This document shows, in pieces, positions 48,700 through 62,597 of a stretch of 64,000 bases of DNA. The stretch is from Chlorokybus atmophyticus (lineage: Eukaryota; Plantae; Mesostigma and Chlorokybus algae), in NCBI GenBank assembly GCA_009103225.1, contig RHPI01002438.1:366750-430749 (forward strand), given 5' to 3'. Numbering within the stretch: the stretch's first letter is position 1; each line of letters starts with the position of its first letter. Made by a program: the position numbers and the translations under genes. The notes beneath the pieces are model-generated. The model worked only from the letters and a program-made list of their open reading frames with translations. It made no database searches and was not told the DNA's origin.

Positions 48700-50185
48700 A
48701 AACACATGCAATCGAGTGCAGGTGCACCTACAATGTTGTTCAAGAGTACCTAAAGTGCTCATAACTAGACTCGAGCCTTCAGGCCACCTTGTAACGATTC
48801 AATGCACTTACCCGTCTTCAGGCATCATGCCAGAGTATGTGATGTGCCAATGACTAGTCCAGAACCTTTAAGCCATGTCGTAGGGATTAAGTGCACTTAC
48901 CCACCTTTAGGCACATGCAATTGAGTGGCAGCTTCACCTATAAAATTGTGCAAGAGTACTTGAAGCGCAAACAATGAGACCTGAGCCTTCATGCCACTTA
49001 ATAACGATTTAACGCACTTACTCACCCGTAGGCACATGCAATTTAGTGGCAGGTGCACCTACAATTTTATGCAAGAGTACCTAAAGTGCAAATTAGACCC
49101 AAGCCTTCAAGCAACCTTGTAACGGTTCAGTGCACTCACCCACCTTCAGGCACGTCGTGCAGAGTTCGTGCAGTGCCAATGACCGTCTTAAACTCTGAAG
49201 CCACCTCGTGGGGATTGTCGTGCCTGCCATATTCGAGGGTCACGCCATCTCGGGCACACTGCAGACGAGCGCTCATGCCGCGGGCATGCTGGTGCTGCAC
49301 GCAGTATTAGAGCAACACAAACAAAGACAACCCCCCAGATATAGGCATAGGCTCGGGGATAAACCTACGTGAAGATCTGATTAGTAGTAGAGCCGGTGAC
49401 GCTGTCCTCCTTACTGTACCTATTGTGCTGTAGTTCACACAGGTAACAAGCCACTACGATCATCGTAGGTAGTGCTGTATACACTATACACTATAATAGG
49501 TAATGCTGTATACACAGTTCTTTGCATGAGTGGATGATGTATTACACTGTTAAGTGAGGTGAATGAACAAGCAACTCAGAGATGCTATGTCCTGACTGAT
49601 GCAGCAAACACACCACCGCCAAGCTCACAGCAATGACAGGCACAGCGCACAAGAGCATACACTGTGTCTCACGTGGTAAGGCAGTCCTTAGCAACCGGGA
49701 CGGTGCTTCCAGTTCAAGTCGCTTCACAAGCTCTTTAAGTCTGAGTTTCTACTCTTAGTACTCACTCACAGTGTCACCAGCAAGTCTAGTGACATGACTT
49801 CCTACTTATACATGTCAAATTATGACTGTGCAGTGCTACGCGGGCACTAGGCCAACGCTCACATCGAGGCCGTATGCTACTACGAAAATGTTCTAAGATT
49901 CGATAACGCACATGGGCTAATACTGAGATTCCTAACTGATCAGCTACGCGCGGTTCCTACAGAGAGGTCTGTAGAGTAGCCCTAGCTAAATGCTACATAA
50001 AGTACGAAGCAGTAGGCTGGGGCGCGCGCGGTCTTCATGCTAGCAGCCCGAGCTTGGAGCTGAATGTAGGCATGCTCGAGGAGGACTGGCATGCGAGGGT
50101 ATTTGGCATGACAGGATCAAGTGCACTTACCCACCTTCAGGCACATGTAATTGAGTTGCAGATTCACTTACAGTATTGTGCAAGA
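48700..50185 (+). repeat. Approximately 125-bp degenerate tandem repeat, interrupted by the insertion at 49216-50113
   Basis: Recurring CACATGCAATTGAGTGGCAG...TGCAAGAGTACCT...GCACTTACCC units. Confidence 0.8.
49216..50113 (-). mobile_element. 898-bp TG...CA insertion (segments A-spacer-B) with 4-bp TSD GGAT
   Basis: Ends TGTCGTGCC / GGCATGACA are inverted. GGAT flanks both sides, and the empty site matches the host repeat unit at 48871-48900. Confidence 0.85.
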
Positions 50186-50569
50186 GTACCTGAATTGTTA
50201 AGAATTAAACATATTAAATAAATATATATGATTATATATCGTGTGGCCTTTTTCTGTTTATTATATTGATGTATACATATTCGTATACTTAATGTTAAAT
50301 TTACGCACATGTGCTTACTGTACATTATGTATGTGTACGTATTCTTAACAAATTCAAGATCATGTCTGAATACACATGCACTACATTGTGCGCTTTTTGT
50401 ATACCCATAAATTGTAATACACTATTTGCATGCACATTAATGTTGATCCTGTATACCTGAATACATATGTATCATGCCTTGTGTATTGTTTACGTGTGTA
50501 CATATCCATGTATTACATATTTTATTTTTACGCACATTGACGTGGATTTCTGTCACTGCACAACATCAG

Positions 50570-50870
50570 AGGTCCTGTTTGCCGCGGGAACGCAATCGTC
50601 CCGGACGCAACCCATCTGGCATGAAGAGCGTCCCCGGACGAGGTTGGGAGACGGTCGATTACGGTCGCACGGGGGTCGCGCGCGCGCGGCGCCGGGATAC
50701 CGTCGCCCCGCCGCCTCCTGCCGTCGTCTGGCCGGGGGGTAACGTTCCAATTCCTCAGACGCCTCTGACGCGTTACGCGTCACGTCTCATATCACGGTCC
50801 AGCGCAGCGCTCTACGTGACGCCGAGAGGCCGAGTAAAGCGCAGGTGCCAGCAACGGCAGTCTTGGCTAT
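50570..50870. promoter_or_regulatory. CpG-rich putative promoter upstream of ribokinase
   Basis: Dense CG with GTTACG and TGACG motifs, unlike the CG-poor flanks. Confidence 0.45.
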
Positions 50871-51740
50871 AAGCTACTACTGTGTATACGTACGTGTATG
50901 TGTCGTCGTGTGCGCGTGGTAAGGTTGTGATCTCGTGCTGCTGTTGGTCATTGCTCCGCTGGTTGTTGCAAGGCAGCAGTAGTAGTAACAACACACACAG
51001 TAGTAGTAGCTCTTTTGTATTCGCTAAGCTTAGAGGCCCTGTTGCCGCCGCGCCTTCAGCATCATTGTTCCAAGCCGCAGCGGCGGGTGGCATCAGCATT
51101 GCTCTAGTTTGCTGCCGCCGCCCGCTTGGATCTGGGCTTGTTCAGGACTGAGAGCTGGCTGAACCGGAGCACAACCCGATAGGTGAGTTGATGCCTGAAT
51201 GACTGAGCTACTGTGAAAGTCAGTGAGAGCCACTCGCTAGATGGGCAATTCAAGTAACTGCGTGACGGAGTGGGTGATTGCTGGAGTTGCAGAGCACCAA
51301 ATTATATGTTATGATATCGCCCAGGTTTCCAACTTTGTGCCGTGATGAGGTAGACCTTAATCTTGGGTTCATCATAGTCTACTCCTGCTGTTCTGCAATG
51401 TCAGCTAGCATTACGTGAATGTTGTGTGTGTCTCCAGAATGCCATTAGGTTCAGTGTAGCTGCCAGCTGCACGCAAGCTTATCCTCTTCGCTTCCTTTTT
51501 GCCTGCTTCTAGTGCGCAAGTGTTTGAACGGCAACACAGCGCGTGACATTCTGCTTCTGGCATGTGCCGCTTGCATTGGCTTCATTCGCTCAACTGCTGC
51601 AACAACCACGACAGCAATAACAACAAACATTACTATCTGTTTGTTATCTGTGTAAGTAAGGGAATGTCTCATACAGCCTGGGTTGATGATCAACAATCAG
51701 CATTGCTGTGTGTCTGTTGGCAGCTGCTGGCAAGGGAAAG

Positions 51741-53853
51741 ATGATCGTGGTGTTCGGGTCGTCCGTGCTGGACCTGGTGATGCCCGTGCCGGCCCTGCCC
51801 GTGCCCGGCCAGACCGTCTTGTGCGACGGCTACATTGCTGTTCCTGGAGGCAAAGGGGCCAACCAGGTACTCTTGCGGGCCTGGTGTTTGGTTGATTTTG
51901 TAGCTAACGAAAAGTACAAGTAATAGATTAATATTATAGAATTAACCTTACCTGCCTCTCATGTGTAAGCAATATGGCTGCGCACAATCACAGCGAAAGC
52001 GATGTTAATGTAGCTGAAGCGGCTATGCACCCAACTATGCCCATGCAGCCGTACCTGTAGCCTACATACAAGTCTTGCTATGTTGTAGAGAAAAAGAAAC
52101 AGCACTGGTAGCCGTACGTCTTTAGTGTTAGACATACAGGTAGTTTTGCATAACTCAATGTGAGTTGGGTAGTTGTAGTAAGAGGTGCCAACCATTCTGC
52201 AGCTGATGGGTACCTCAAGTTTGAAGCTAGCTGTTGCTATGTGCGTTTTCACAAACATTGTCATCTTGGTGCTAAATGCACTGGTTATGTGGGTGCACAG
52301 GCGTTGGCGGCAAGGCGGGCGGGAGGTGATGTTGCGATGGTGGGATGTGTAGGGGACGATCATTTTGGGCGCATCGTGTTGCAGCCTCTGCGAGACGAGG
52401 GCGTTGACCTGGAGTCGTTCACCATTGAAAGGGATACCCCCACGTCTTGCGCCTGCGTGTGTGTCAACCCACGAGGTGGGCATGACATGATAATTTGCCA
52501 CTGTTGACAATCTGCAGCAATCATGAGTGCAAAGATTTATACCCCCCCATACCCTTCTTTGGACTAGTCACATCAACCTGTTGGTTAAGAGCACAGCTAC
52601 TCCTATGCTTCCAATCAACCGTGTTTGCTGCATATGTGTATGTGTGCTACGCACTTCACGCATAGAGTCTGCATTACAGTACATCGTCTTAGCGGATTTA
52701 CCCTTCGTAAATGTGCACAACACCCAATTGCTTGCCTTCGTTTGTACCCCTTGCCAGGTGAGAACCAAATTGTGGTGGCTAGCGGAGCAAACCAGTTGGT
52801 GACTGCCAAGCAGCTTCATCCAATGCAGCGCAGTGATGTGCTGCTGCTTCAGATGGAGATCTCCCTTGAACAGGTGTTGGTGTTGTGGGTGCTTGCACAT
52901 GTGCGTGTGTGCCAAGTAGTAATGAGGACTGTGTTGACATTGCATCATGTGTGACTGCAGAACTGGCTAGCTATACACCAGGCCAGGACACAGGGCGCGA
53001 GGGTCATCCTCAATGCCGCTCCTGCAGCAGCGGTCCCGGAGGTCATCTTGCGTCAGATTGATGTCCTCATAGTCAACGAGGTGGAGTCGCAGTTCTTTGC
53101 TCAGATGCTTGGCCTGCCAGATGTTCCCGCTGCACTCGCCGCTCGCGAACTGTGCAGGAGATACGGCTGCGTTGCTGGTAAGCACTGTTCTTGCTCAAGC
53201 TCTGAGTACAGCACACCACACTTGAGCGCATGAGTGCTCTCACACACATACACACCTCCTCACATATGTGCACGAACACACATTGACGTGCACATATGTG
53301 CATGCTTATGTGTGTGCTCACCACAACAGCATCAGAGTAACATATGCGTGACACATTGCAATGCGCTCTCTCATGGCAGTGGTTACGCTTGGCGAGAAGG
53401 GTGCCGTTGCGTACGATCGCTGCTTTGGCCCGAACGGCTCCACACAATTAAGCGGCTTGCAGGTTTCTGCGCTGCCGGTTATGCCAGTGGACACTGTTGG
53501 CGCTGGCGACGCCTTTGTCGGCGCATTTGCCTGCGCTTATGCCAGCGGGTCTCCCATCAGCGAGTGCATATGCCGAGGTGAGCACAAACATCTACACACA
53601 CAATTCGTTTATTGATTCATCTGACTATTGTTGATTGTCAGGTTCCGTTGCGGGGAGTTTGGCGTGTGTGGTGCGTGGGGCTCAACCATCCATGCCGACG
53701 GCTAAGGCAGTGCAGCTGCGCATGGACGAGGTGGTCGTGACGCCAGTTGACGAAAGCAACTTCGCCAACATTACCACAAAGGCCATGCAAGCGGCCACCC
53801 TCAGCATGACTCGCGTGTCCAGTAAGGGCAAGATGCTTAATGACAGCGTGTGA
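51741..53853 (+). CDS. rbsK: Ribokinase (PfkB family), 6 coding exons
   Basis: MIVVFGSSVLDLV...PGGKGANQALAARRAG..VAMVGCVGDDHFG; GENQIVVASGAN; LLLQMEI; VILNAAP; LIVNEVE; VVTLGEKG; VDTVGAGDAFVGAF. Confidence 0.92.
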
Positions 53854-54185
53854 GCTCGCACAGGCGCGACGCTATAATTGCGTCTTTGCAATGACTGTCA
53901 TCGCCTTCGCATTGCAGAGGTTATAGATGTGTGTCGTTCAAATAATTGCTGCAGAAGCCTTGTGTGGCTCTTCAAGTGGAAGAGTCAACAGTTACCTTAT
54001 CAGGTCAGTGAGTCACTTTGTCACTTATGTTTGCGCCATGCTCTTCGCTTGCACACATCAGGCGTCCTCTGGGCTGCATTAGATGATGGCAGCGTACCAC
54101 ACATCCAGCAATGCATAAGACAGAATATGCCATTTGCAAACCTACTACTATCAACAAAATCAGCTGTACTTCAATCACGCTGGTA

Positions 54186-54905
54186 CTACAAGCAATATAC
54201 AAATGTTCGCAAAACTAGTGCTTGGAGGTGGTCTCTGGTGCAGACGGTGCTACACTGTTTGTACTGTTCGTAGTATTTACGCTGCTGCTGCTGCTGCTGC
54301 CGAGTGCAGAGTCCTTCTGCATCGGTCGATTCCTTCTGCGCGGCTGGTTTGGCTCGGCTTCCGGACGCAGCATGCCCTGGTGAAACACGAAACCGCTTGT
54401 AAGCAAGCGTGCATTGCAGTGGCATGTAACAAGAGAGACTGCTACATGATTGAAGCACAGCAGCTACTCCAATCTGGCAAAGTTGATCCCAGCCATCACT
54501 AACCGCAGCAGCGCATGGACATCAATCACACACAGAATGACACCGCTGCAGTAACCATACAAACGCTGTGTGGCAAGCATCTGGTATCAGACTGTTGTCT
54601 TGCGTGGCTGTTCTGCATGGACAATACACCCGGAAGGACATGTGTGAGTACCTTTTCCGCCGCCCTCCTTAGGATCAGACCTCCCACCACAGCTCCAAAC
54701 ACTGAACCAGCAACTGCCAGCCAAGGGTTTTAACAACAACTCATGGTGTTGTTCATCAAGGCGGAGGCATTGTGAAGTTGACAACAACGAAAGCCATACA
54801 AACACACAGCAATAAAACAACTCTCTCACCCACGCTGGACAGCTGGAAGCCTGTCACCCACATGCTCCCGTCGAAGGCCGTTCCCGACGCCTCGAGCGGT
54901 CCCAT
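54186..54905 (-). CDS. Small single-pass membrane protein (3 exons)
   Basis: Phase-compatible splicing gives MGPLEASGTAFDGSMWVTGFQLSSVVAGSVFGAVVGGLILRRAAEKRFRVSPG...; no family assigned. Confidence 0.45.
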
Positions 54906-55304
54906 CCTATCCTATCCTCTCAACAACCCTGCGCACCGCCTCCACCCTGTCGTCCTCCTCCACCTCCTGCTCCGTCGCCTGCTCCACAGCACCGTATGCA
55001 GCACTGTACGTACACTGTACGGCATACAAGTTTTGGCCCACGTTACCGTGCTGACTCAGATTGAGTGACGTATCTGCAGCGTGCTTGAGTGACGTAACCG
55101 CGGCCTAGAATTAGGGTTCGCTTAGGGGCGGCAATGTCCGTGCGGGCGTTGTTGGGGTCCTAGTTGCCGTTGCTGCCGGGGTGGGTGGCTGGTGCAAGGC
55201 TGGCTTCTTTCGTTCTGGGAGGAGCGGGGGCTCATGCGGGAGGTGGCGGAGCTGGTGGAGGAGGTGGTGGTAGCGGAGGGAGCTGGTTGCAAGGTTCATG
55301 GTTT

Positions 55305-58300
55305 ATGAGGCGGCATGGCATTGGCGCTGCTGTCAGCCCCAGGTGGCGCAGGTGCGCGGCGCGGTGGGCGCAGCAGCTGAGCCTCTTGCTGGTAGGCGGC
55401 AATGGCGGCGGAGGCGGTGGAGGGCACATGCGCCTGCGCCGCTTGCATAAACGCTTGGGTCTGCTCGCCGCAGCGTTCGTCTTTCTCTGGTTCTTTGCCT
55501 CTACACGCTTTAGGTACCCGCATTCTGTTTATTCTTCATGCTCGTATGGGTGCGTCGCTAAGAATCGAGTGTTATTACACATTTACGCATCGCAGTGCAA
55601 TGCAATGCGTATGGCATGCCCTGCACTGCCACTGCTGGACTGGACTGCCCTGCCCTGCACTGCCATGCATATATGTGTCAAGTTCAAACGGTACTTGGCA
55701 TCTTCTAGGTTAGGAATTTTTATTCTTCAAACTGCTGTTAATCAGTCAGTAGTGCACTGAGCTGCTACACTGGTGCCATCGGGTTCGACTGCAACATTCA
55801 CACGTTGGTTCTGTCAGCATTGGCATTGTATACTTACAGAATATGCATGCATACATGCCTCCCCCCCCCCCCCCCCNNNNNNNNNNNNNNNNNNNNNNNN
55901 NNNNNNNNNNNNCACACACACACACCCCACCCCAAGTGCCAAGCGCTAATACAACTAAGCGTGCTGTGACCACTACAGGCAGCCGCATGTTGAGCCAGTC
56001 CCGGAGCTGAGGCGGCCTGGACAGTTTGCGCCTGTCAATGTCAATGGACAGCTGAAGACGTTTGGCAGCACATTCTATGGTCCGTCGACAAGAATGTTGA
56101 TGTGGTTGACTGCCACGAACATAGCTGTCTCATGCAAGCACATGTCTCGCGCATTGGCTGCATGTGCATGTGTCGCATCTTATTGGCCACCTGTCACTGG
56201 TATGTGCATGCATTTCGTATACTCAATGCCCAGCACGATATGCATAAGTAGTCATGTCAAGTGTTGCCTGCTGCAACCAGCGTGTCAATGCTACTGGCAT
56301 GCACTGCAACATGGTGATACGGTATTGCAGATGGAGAGCCATACTACTTTCAGTCAGAGTTAAAGTACACAGGAAGCCGAGTTTTGCACTCGCATCTTTT
56401 ATTTGTTGGGATCCTCAGCTCGCCAGAGAATGGCGCGCTGCGGAGGGCCATCAGGAAGTCATGGTGCGTTGCTAATGCATATGTGCTTACAAGGGGTTCA
56501 CTACTTGTATCAGGAAGTGTTGTCTTATTCTGAGCTCTCGTGGCCGGCAGGCTGCAATGGCCAGGGGACTGGGAGGGGAAGTTTTTCATTGGCCACACCA
56601 GTGACACGGACCTAAACTTCAAGGTGCCTTTCTTGACATCAATCGTCCAAGCATGTAGCGCGGCCAGTGCTGCCAGATGTTGTCGCTAGGGTACTCACTC
56701 AGCTGGCAGATCCGGCGAGAGGCTGTCAAGTATGGTGACATCGTGCTTATTGACGTACCTGAGCATTATCGCAACATTCCAGCAAAGGTGACGTCTGTAC
56801 CAACACCCCCCTGTTCTTCGAGACCACTTGCGCATGGCGCCTCTCTTATTTCGTGATGCGGCATGTCTGCATTTCGCACAGAACGTTTCTTTGAAGGGTG
56901 CTAGTGCCTCTCTTGAGTTCCTTACACACATTGATGGTGGAGAGAGCACTAAACAGTGGTTTGTTAGAATCCAATGCGTATAGTCGGTGGGGTGTTGGTC
57001 TGATCACTGTTCGATTACGATTTTGACCATGTACCTTTGATGCTTCTGTGACAAACTGTCTCACTGTGTAGGCGCTCAAGTTGTTTGAGTATGCCACAGT
57101 CGCATACAGGCACTACGATTTCATACTCAAAGCAGACGATGACACCTTTGTCCGTCTGGACCGGCTTCTGGAGGTGATGCCAAGTCCTGCATGTTGGTCC
57201 CAAGTTGCCGCACTCATGTAAGAAAACTCACAGTGGTCAACATCGTAACAGGAGTTGCCAAACAAGCCCAAGGAGGCATTGTATTGGGGCTACTCCATAG
57301 GCAAATTCAGGCCTATCCGGGACACCAAGAATAAGTGGTATGTGTCACCAGAAGAGTTTCCAGATGCAATGGTGAGTGGGCAAGCTTAATACACTCGGAC
57401 AGTGATATTGCTGCCCTGTTTCCTGCAGTCGTCCAAGTATATCCTCGGTGATTATCCAATCTTAATGCAGGTCCCCGGACCAGTTGCGCTCTCAGGGTCC
57501 GGGTATGTTGTAAGCCGAGATCTGGCTTACCACGCAGTGAAGAGGGCTCAGGATCCAAAGGTATGTCACATACTGTAATCAGCACCTCATGCATACACAA
57601 TTTGATGCCATGCAACTCGTCAGATTGCTGCAGATGCTATACTAACTAGACTTTACGCTGCTGCCAGACCAAGATGGTCCCACTAGAAGACGTCAACACT
57701 GCTATCCTCATCACGGACCTGCTCCAGTTAAAGAGGAAAGGGCCCATCTCAGACAACCGGTAGGAGCCTTGACACATGCTTTGGCGTAACATTGCTGTGA
57801 CTCACTTGCGACCTGGTGGCAGGTTCTTTTATGTCGGTGATGGCTGCCAGCCAAATGCAGTCGTAGTGCATTACACGAATGCTGTTGACATGCAGGTCAA
57901 GGTACGATTGCTGTTCTGTATGCACCGCCTGGCGATATTGTTCCAGTTTGCGTGCCATTGGCATGACAAATGTGTAGTATCGCAGTATCTGGCTCTAAAG
58001 CAGCAAGGGTTCAAGTACCCCGACCCAGCCGTTTGCATGTAAGTCTTGTGTACTTCGCATGAACTGTTCAAGTCGCAAAGCTGTTGGCTGTTCCTCAATC
58101 ATATGTGTGGCCTTGACACAGAGGACATGGAAAGAGCTACAAGCGTCCAAAGAACCTGATGTTAGAGGTAGTCACAAACAGCAGAGTAAGCCCATTGTCG
58201 TAAACCCACTGTTCATGTGTTGCTGTTGATATTGCAGGAGGATGTTGACCCCTTGAATCGGCAACAACCGCTCTTTGGCACAGAAGAGTGCATACTCGAG

Positions 58301-59783
58301 GATCTGTGGGAATGTGCCCAGCCCAAGGAGCGAAGGGCTCGCGACTGTCAATGCAGCTTTGGACCAGACTCATACATACATGCGGCTCCGGAACCTTATG
58401 ATAAGGATCCAAGAATGTCTCCGGAAACACAGTACGCTTGCAACAACCTCCATCATCTGTATTGCTACATCTGCGTTGACAGAACCGTGACGCGCGTTGC
58501 ATCCTTGTTGTTTGCAGCATTGCGCTAGTGAACTTGGCCGATCACGCTAGCCAGCTACTCGCAGACGCTATCTTCCGGTTCGGTTGCTGGCATTCGCTGT
58601 GTTTCTACGCACCCCAGCCAACGGATCGTCTGCAGTATTTGGTGAGTGTTGGGCATCGCGACACCATGCCAAGCTGCGATGTCTCATCATGCCAGCGATG
58701 GTTGAGGTGTTGATGTTTGGCTGCAGGCGCCAATACCCGTTGAAGAGGATCTCTGTCGGAACGGTCCGTCAGAGTTAATCTTGCAACGTCTTCCAGCAGA
58801 GGTGAGTTGATAGTTCTGCATGAGAGTGCACTTGTGCGGCCAGCTTTTGAACCCAAACTAAGCTACCTTCATTCCAGAAGGAGTGGCACGGCCATTGGGA
58901 CCAGCTGTTGCAATGGTATAGAGTAGCTGCGCAGGGTAGCCGACTCGTCATCATGCTCGATGACCCCGTCCACAGGCAAGCGATTGTAGCTGCCATGTTC
59001 AAGTCTGTGTGCAGCTCTATCACTGTGCTAATCTGTGCATATGATGGCTTTGCTGTAGGCATTATGCTGGCTACACAGCCACTCTGCAGGTTAATGACGC
59101 CAGCATCTCTCAAAGTTTTCATGGCTATGTGGACTCTGCAGCGCGCAACCAGCAGGCCGCGTCCCTCGGCTTGTCAAGGTGCTTTGGAGTTGTGCTTGTG
59201 TTTCACAGCCGATCAGGGCGTGGTTGCCGCTGTTCCAACTTATACTGTGCCTGGACTTCTGTGCAGTGTTGCGGAGGTGAACTCCTTTATCCAAAACCAA
59301 CTTCCGCAATTTGCTCTCGTGCTCGATGCCAGCCGCTTCGACGAGGCGCTCGTGTTGATGCGACGCGCGTTCAACTGGCGCATGATCGACATCGCGTATC
59401 TGGCCCCTTTCAATGGGACGCATTACTCGACTCCACACAAAGCCTCGCAGCAGGCCCTCGCAGCTGAAGCCGAAGCCGAGCGATCACGCTTGCAGACGCT
59501 GGACAACCTCGATCACATGTTGTACCAGGCAGCCACGCAGCGCTTCAATGTGCTGTTGGGTCGATACAACCAGAGTTTCACGGAGGAGCTGATGACATTC
59601 CGTCGGAAACAGAACTGGTTTCATGCGTTCTGTCAGCGTCAGCGCGAGGGCGGATTGGGCGAGCTGTCGGGCCACTTGGTCAACTTCTGCGAATTCTACG
59701 ACCTGTCGCAGACAGAGTATTTCGCTGCTCTGTATGTCAGCGGCGGTAGGTTGGAGAAATTTGGCAACATGCACTTTGTGTAG
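55305..59783 (+). CDS. Type II membrane GT31 beta-1,3-galactosyltransferase fused to a Gal-3-O-sulfotransferase-like domain (start codon uncertain)
   Basis: TM LGLLAAAFVFLWFF; RRAIRKSW; EAVKYGDIV; ILKADDDTFVRLDRL; LYWG; SGSGYVVSRDL; LEDV; then AIFRFGCWHSL, RNQQAASLG, FALVLDASRFDEALVLMRRAFNW, NLDHMLY. Confidence 0.85.
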
Positions 59784-60184
59784 TGGTTATTTATTGATAT
59801 ATGTACGCATACGACAATGGCGTCACCTGACCGTCGTAAGCAACCTAACAATGTCGCAGTACATAGCTGAGTAGCAGTTGGAGTACAATCCTAGCCTTTA
59901 TCTGTGCAGTGCACTGTGCCATCCAGGTGTTGTGCAGTCACCAGCCCTTTACCTCATCTGTGTGCCACACAAACATAGTCATTGCGATGCACGGAGCGGT
60001 GTCTGCCATGCGGGCCACAACACGGAGGCCACTTACTACTAGGATGAATGTGCTCCCAAGGCTCAGCCAACAGCGTTTCCTGCATGACGCGCACTGCACG
60101 CTCTCCACCTGCGCACGACGCCACACCATCAGCCATAACAGAGTATTACCAAGTACAAGCGTCAGTAGCCTATCAGTACAGCGC

Positions 60185-60709
60185 TCACAACAAACTCAGT
60201 GCACAGAATAGCAAAGTTGTACCTGGCGTGTCAATGCGCGAGGTTGCGGGTTCCTTCTTCCTGGCAGGTTGACCCCGCCCGATTGGCGAAGTGGGTGAGC
60301 GCGGGTTGCCCCCCGCACCCGCTTTGGGTGAGCGGGGGACTTTGCCTCCACCCGACTCCACGCGCGCAAGCGCAGCAGCCCTCTTGGGCGAAAGCGGCTG
60401 CTGCTGGCCCTTGGTGTTAATCACGCCGTGCTCGGACAGAGTGTACAGCACGCCCTCATTGCGCGTCATGTCCACGCACGTCTTGCCCTCCTGTCCAAGC
60501 ACGCAAGTTGCCAGGTGAGTTGAGACCTTGAACAGGTTTATTCTCACCGCGCAGTTGATGCGTGTAGTGGGCATGTTGTGCAAAGAGTGCTCACGGCGTT
60601 GAGCAGGTTGGTGTCAGCCCCACGCGCGAGCAAGAGCTCCACCACATTGATACGTCCACTTGCGCACGCCAAATGAAGCGCAGTGTTGCCGTCCTATCAC
60701 GTGCGCGTC

Positions 60710-60755
<46 letters not shown>

Positions 60756-62336
60756 TTTTTACTCACGCAGTTGCCAGAGCGCACGGAGGCGCCGCGGTCC
60801 ATCAGGAGGCGAGCAGTGGTGGCGTGGCCGTTGGCGGAGGCCATGTGGAGGGGAGTCCAGCCGGCCTTATTGGGGTTGTCCGCCGCCGCGCCCGACGCCA
60901 GCAGCAACCTCGCCACATCGGCGTGGCCCTTGGCCGACGCCCAGTGCAGAGGTGAATCCTCGTACTGTGGGAGTACACACTGTCATTTACGACAATGCTC
61001 AAAGTACTCACGCCAACAAATCTTGCACGCACACATGCACACGTGCCCACACTCGCAGGTACGCACACGCATACGCAAACGCACGCGCGCACGTGCATAC
61101 ACACGTGGCCGTGCACGCATTCACGCGCTTGTGCCCCCCCCTCCCCTTCCGCCCTGCCCCCCCTCCACACACACACCACAACCACAACACACGTACAGAG
61201 TCTGTGATGTGAGGCAGAGCTTTGCGGTCCAGAAGCCACTTGACCGCAGCGAGGCCGCCGCTGTCGCTTGCCCAATGCAGCGCTGTGGCTCCGCCCTGAA
61301 CACAACACCCGCAACAGTGGGTGTCAACACGCATGCAGTGGCAAACCCTCCCTTTCCATGTACATGCCTCGTCTCTGGCGTTTGGGTCTGCGCGGTGTGC
61401 GATGAGGCGCTCCATTACAGCAATGTGCCCGCCCTCAGCCGCCTCGTGCATCGGCCCTCGCCCCATCTGTTAAGCACAATATTGTCGGCGTTTCTGTATA
61501 CTACTCTGCTTCTCGGCGCAGAGTGGCATACTCTTCTCTCGCAAGCATGCACACACCCACGCACGCACGCAAGCACGCAGGTGTGCACGCACATTGTCAT
61601 ATGGACATGCCCAAGTACATACGTCCCCGACCTGGCATGCATGTGCGAGGGGGAATAGGCTTGCTGTAGTTTGCAAGTGGATACAAAGAGAGCGACAGAA
61701 AATTCACATTCGCATTTGAGTAATAAGCACGCGCGGTACAGGATCAGCATTGTTGCTGGAGGGTCCATGCCAGCAATAACGCTATGCTACACTACATGCC
61801 ATAGCCTGCGCCCTTACAACCACCAATCAGAGCTGCAACATGACGGACACACGCAACATGCTAAGGGCGAAAAGCACACACCCAGTCTCAGCTAAGAAAC
61901 AGACTTTGCCTTTGGCCTTTTCTCACAGCTCATGTTAAACGAAAAAGACCGATCGAAGCGCGACGTGGTAGAATGGCACAGATTGGCATTAGCACTACAC
62001 ATGTGCACGTAGACTTGGGCGCACAAACACATGTACATTGGTATGTATGGGCAATTGCTGCGTACACGCATACGTCCATACCAATCCCGTGAGCGCGGAC
62101 GCCACCTCCCCCGCCCTCTTCCCCGCCGTCCACAGCATCCTCCCCACCCTCGCGGCGTCCCCCTCGCCCGCGGCCACGCGCAACCGCTCCGCCTCCTCCC
62201 TCTCCTCCACGTCCTGCTTCGAGGGAGGACCCACGTCCTCGGGGCGCCAGAGCTCCGGGGCCGTCGTAGCAACCACCACGTGGCCCAAGAACCTCCGCCT
62301 GCCGCTGCCACCGCTACCTTGCCGGACCGTAGCCAT
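60185..62336 (-). CDS. Ankyrin-repeat protein (multi-exon)
   Basis: GPMHEAAEGGH, TALHWASDSG, SPLHWASAKGH, TPLHMASANGH, TALHLACASG repeats on GT-AG exons. Confidence 0.9.
60711..60752 (+). repeat. (CAA)n microsatellite in the ankyrin-gene intron
   Basis: Read directly from the sequence. Confidence 0.95.
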
Positions 62337-62597
62337 GAGTTAGTGAACCACGCGGATGGAGTGGGACAAGGATCAGCTGCGGCAGGATCAGGCGGGGGGG
62401 AGGTGGCGGAAGAGAAGGGCGAAGGAGGCGGCGGCGGCGGCGGCGACGGCGGCGGAGGGATGCACTAACGCTGAGTCACGTGCGCAGGAGGCGTATGATT
62501 TCATTGCATAAACGCCGACGGTTTGGTAAAGTGTCGGCGGACGTGAAGCCCCGTCATATTAGCGGCGACCACATCGCCGACGCTGGCGTTCGTGGTG

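Noticed and set aside
48131-48853. 240-aa plus-strand ORF
   Set aside because: No motifs, atypical composition, and it runs into the tandem repeat.
60660-61658. 332-aa plus-strand ORF with poly-Thr
   Set aside because: Antisense to the ankyrin gene and its (CAA)n intron.
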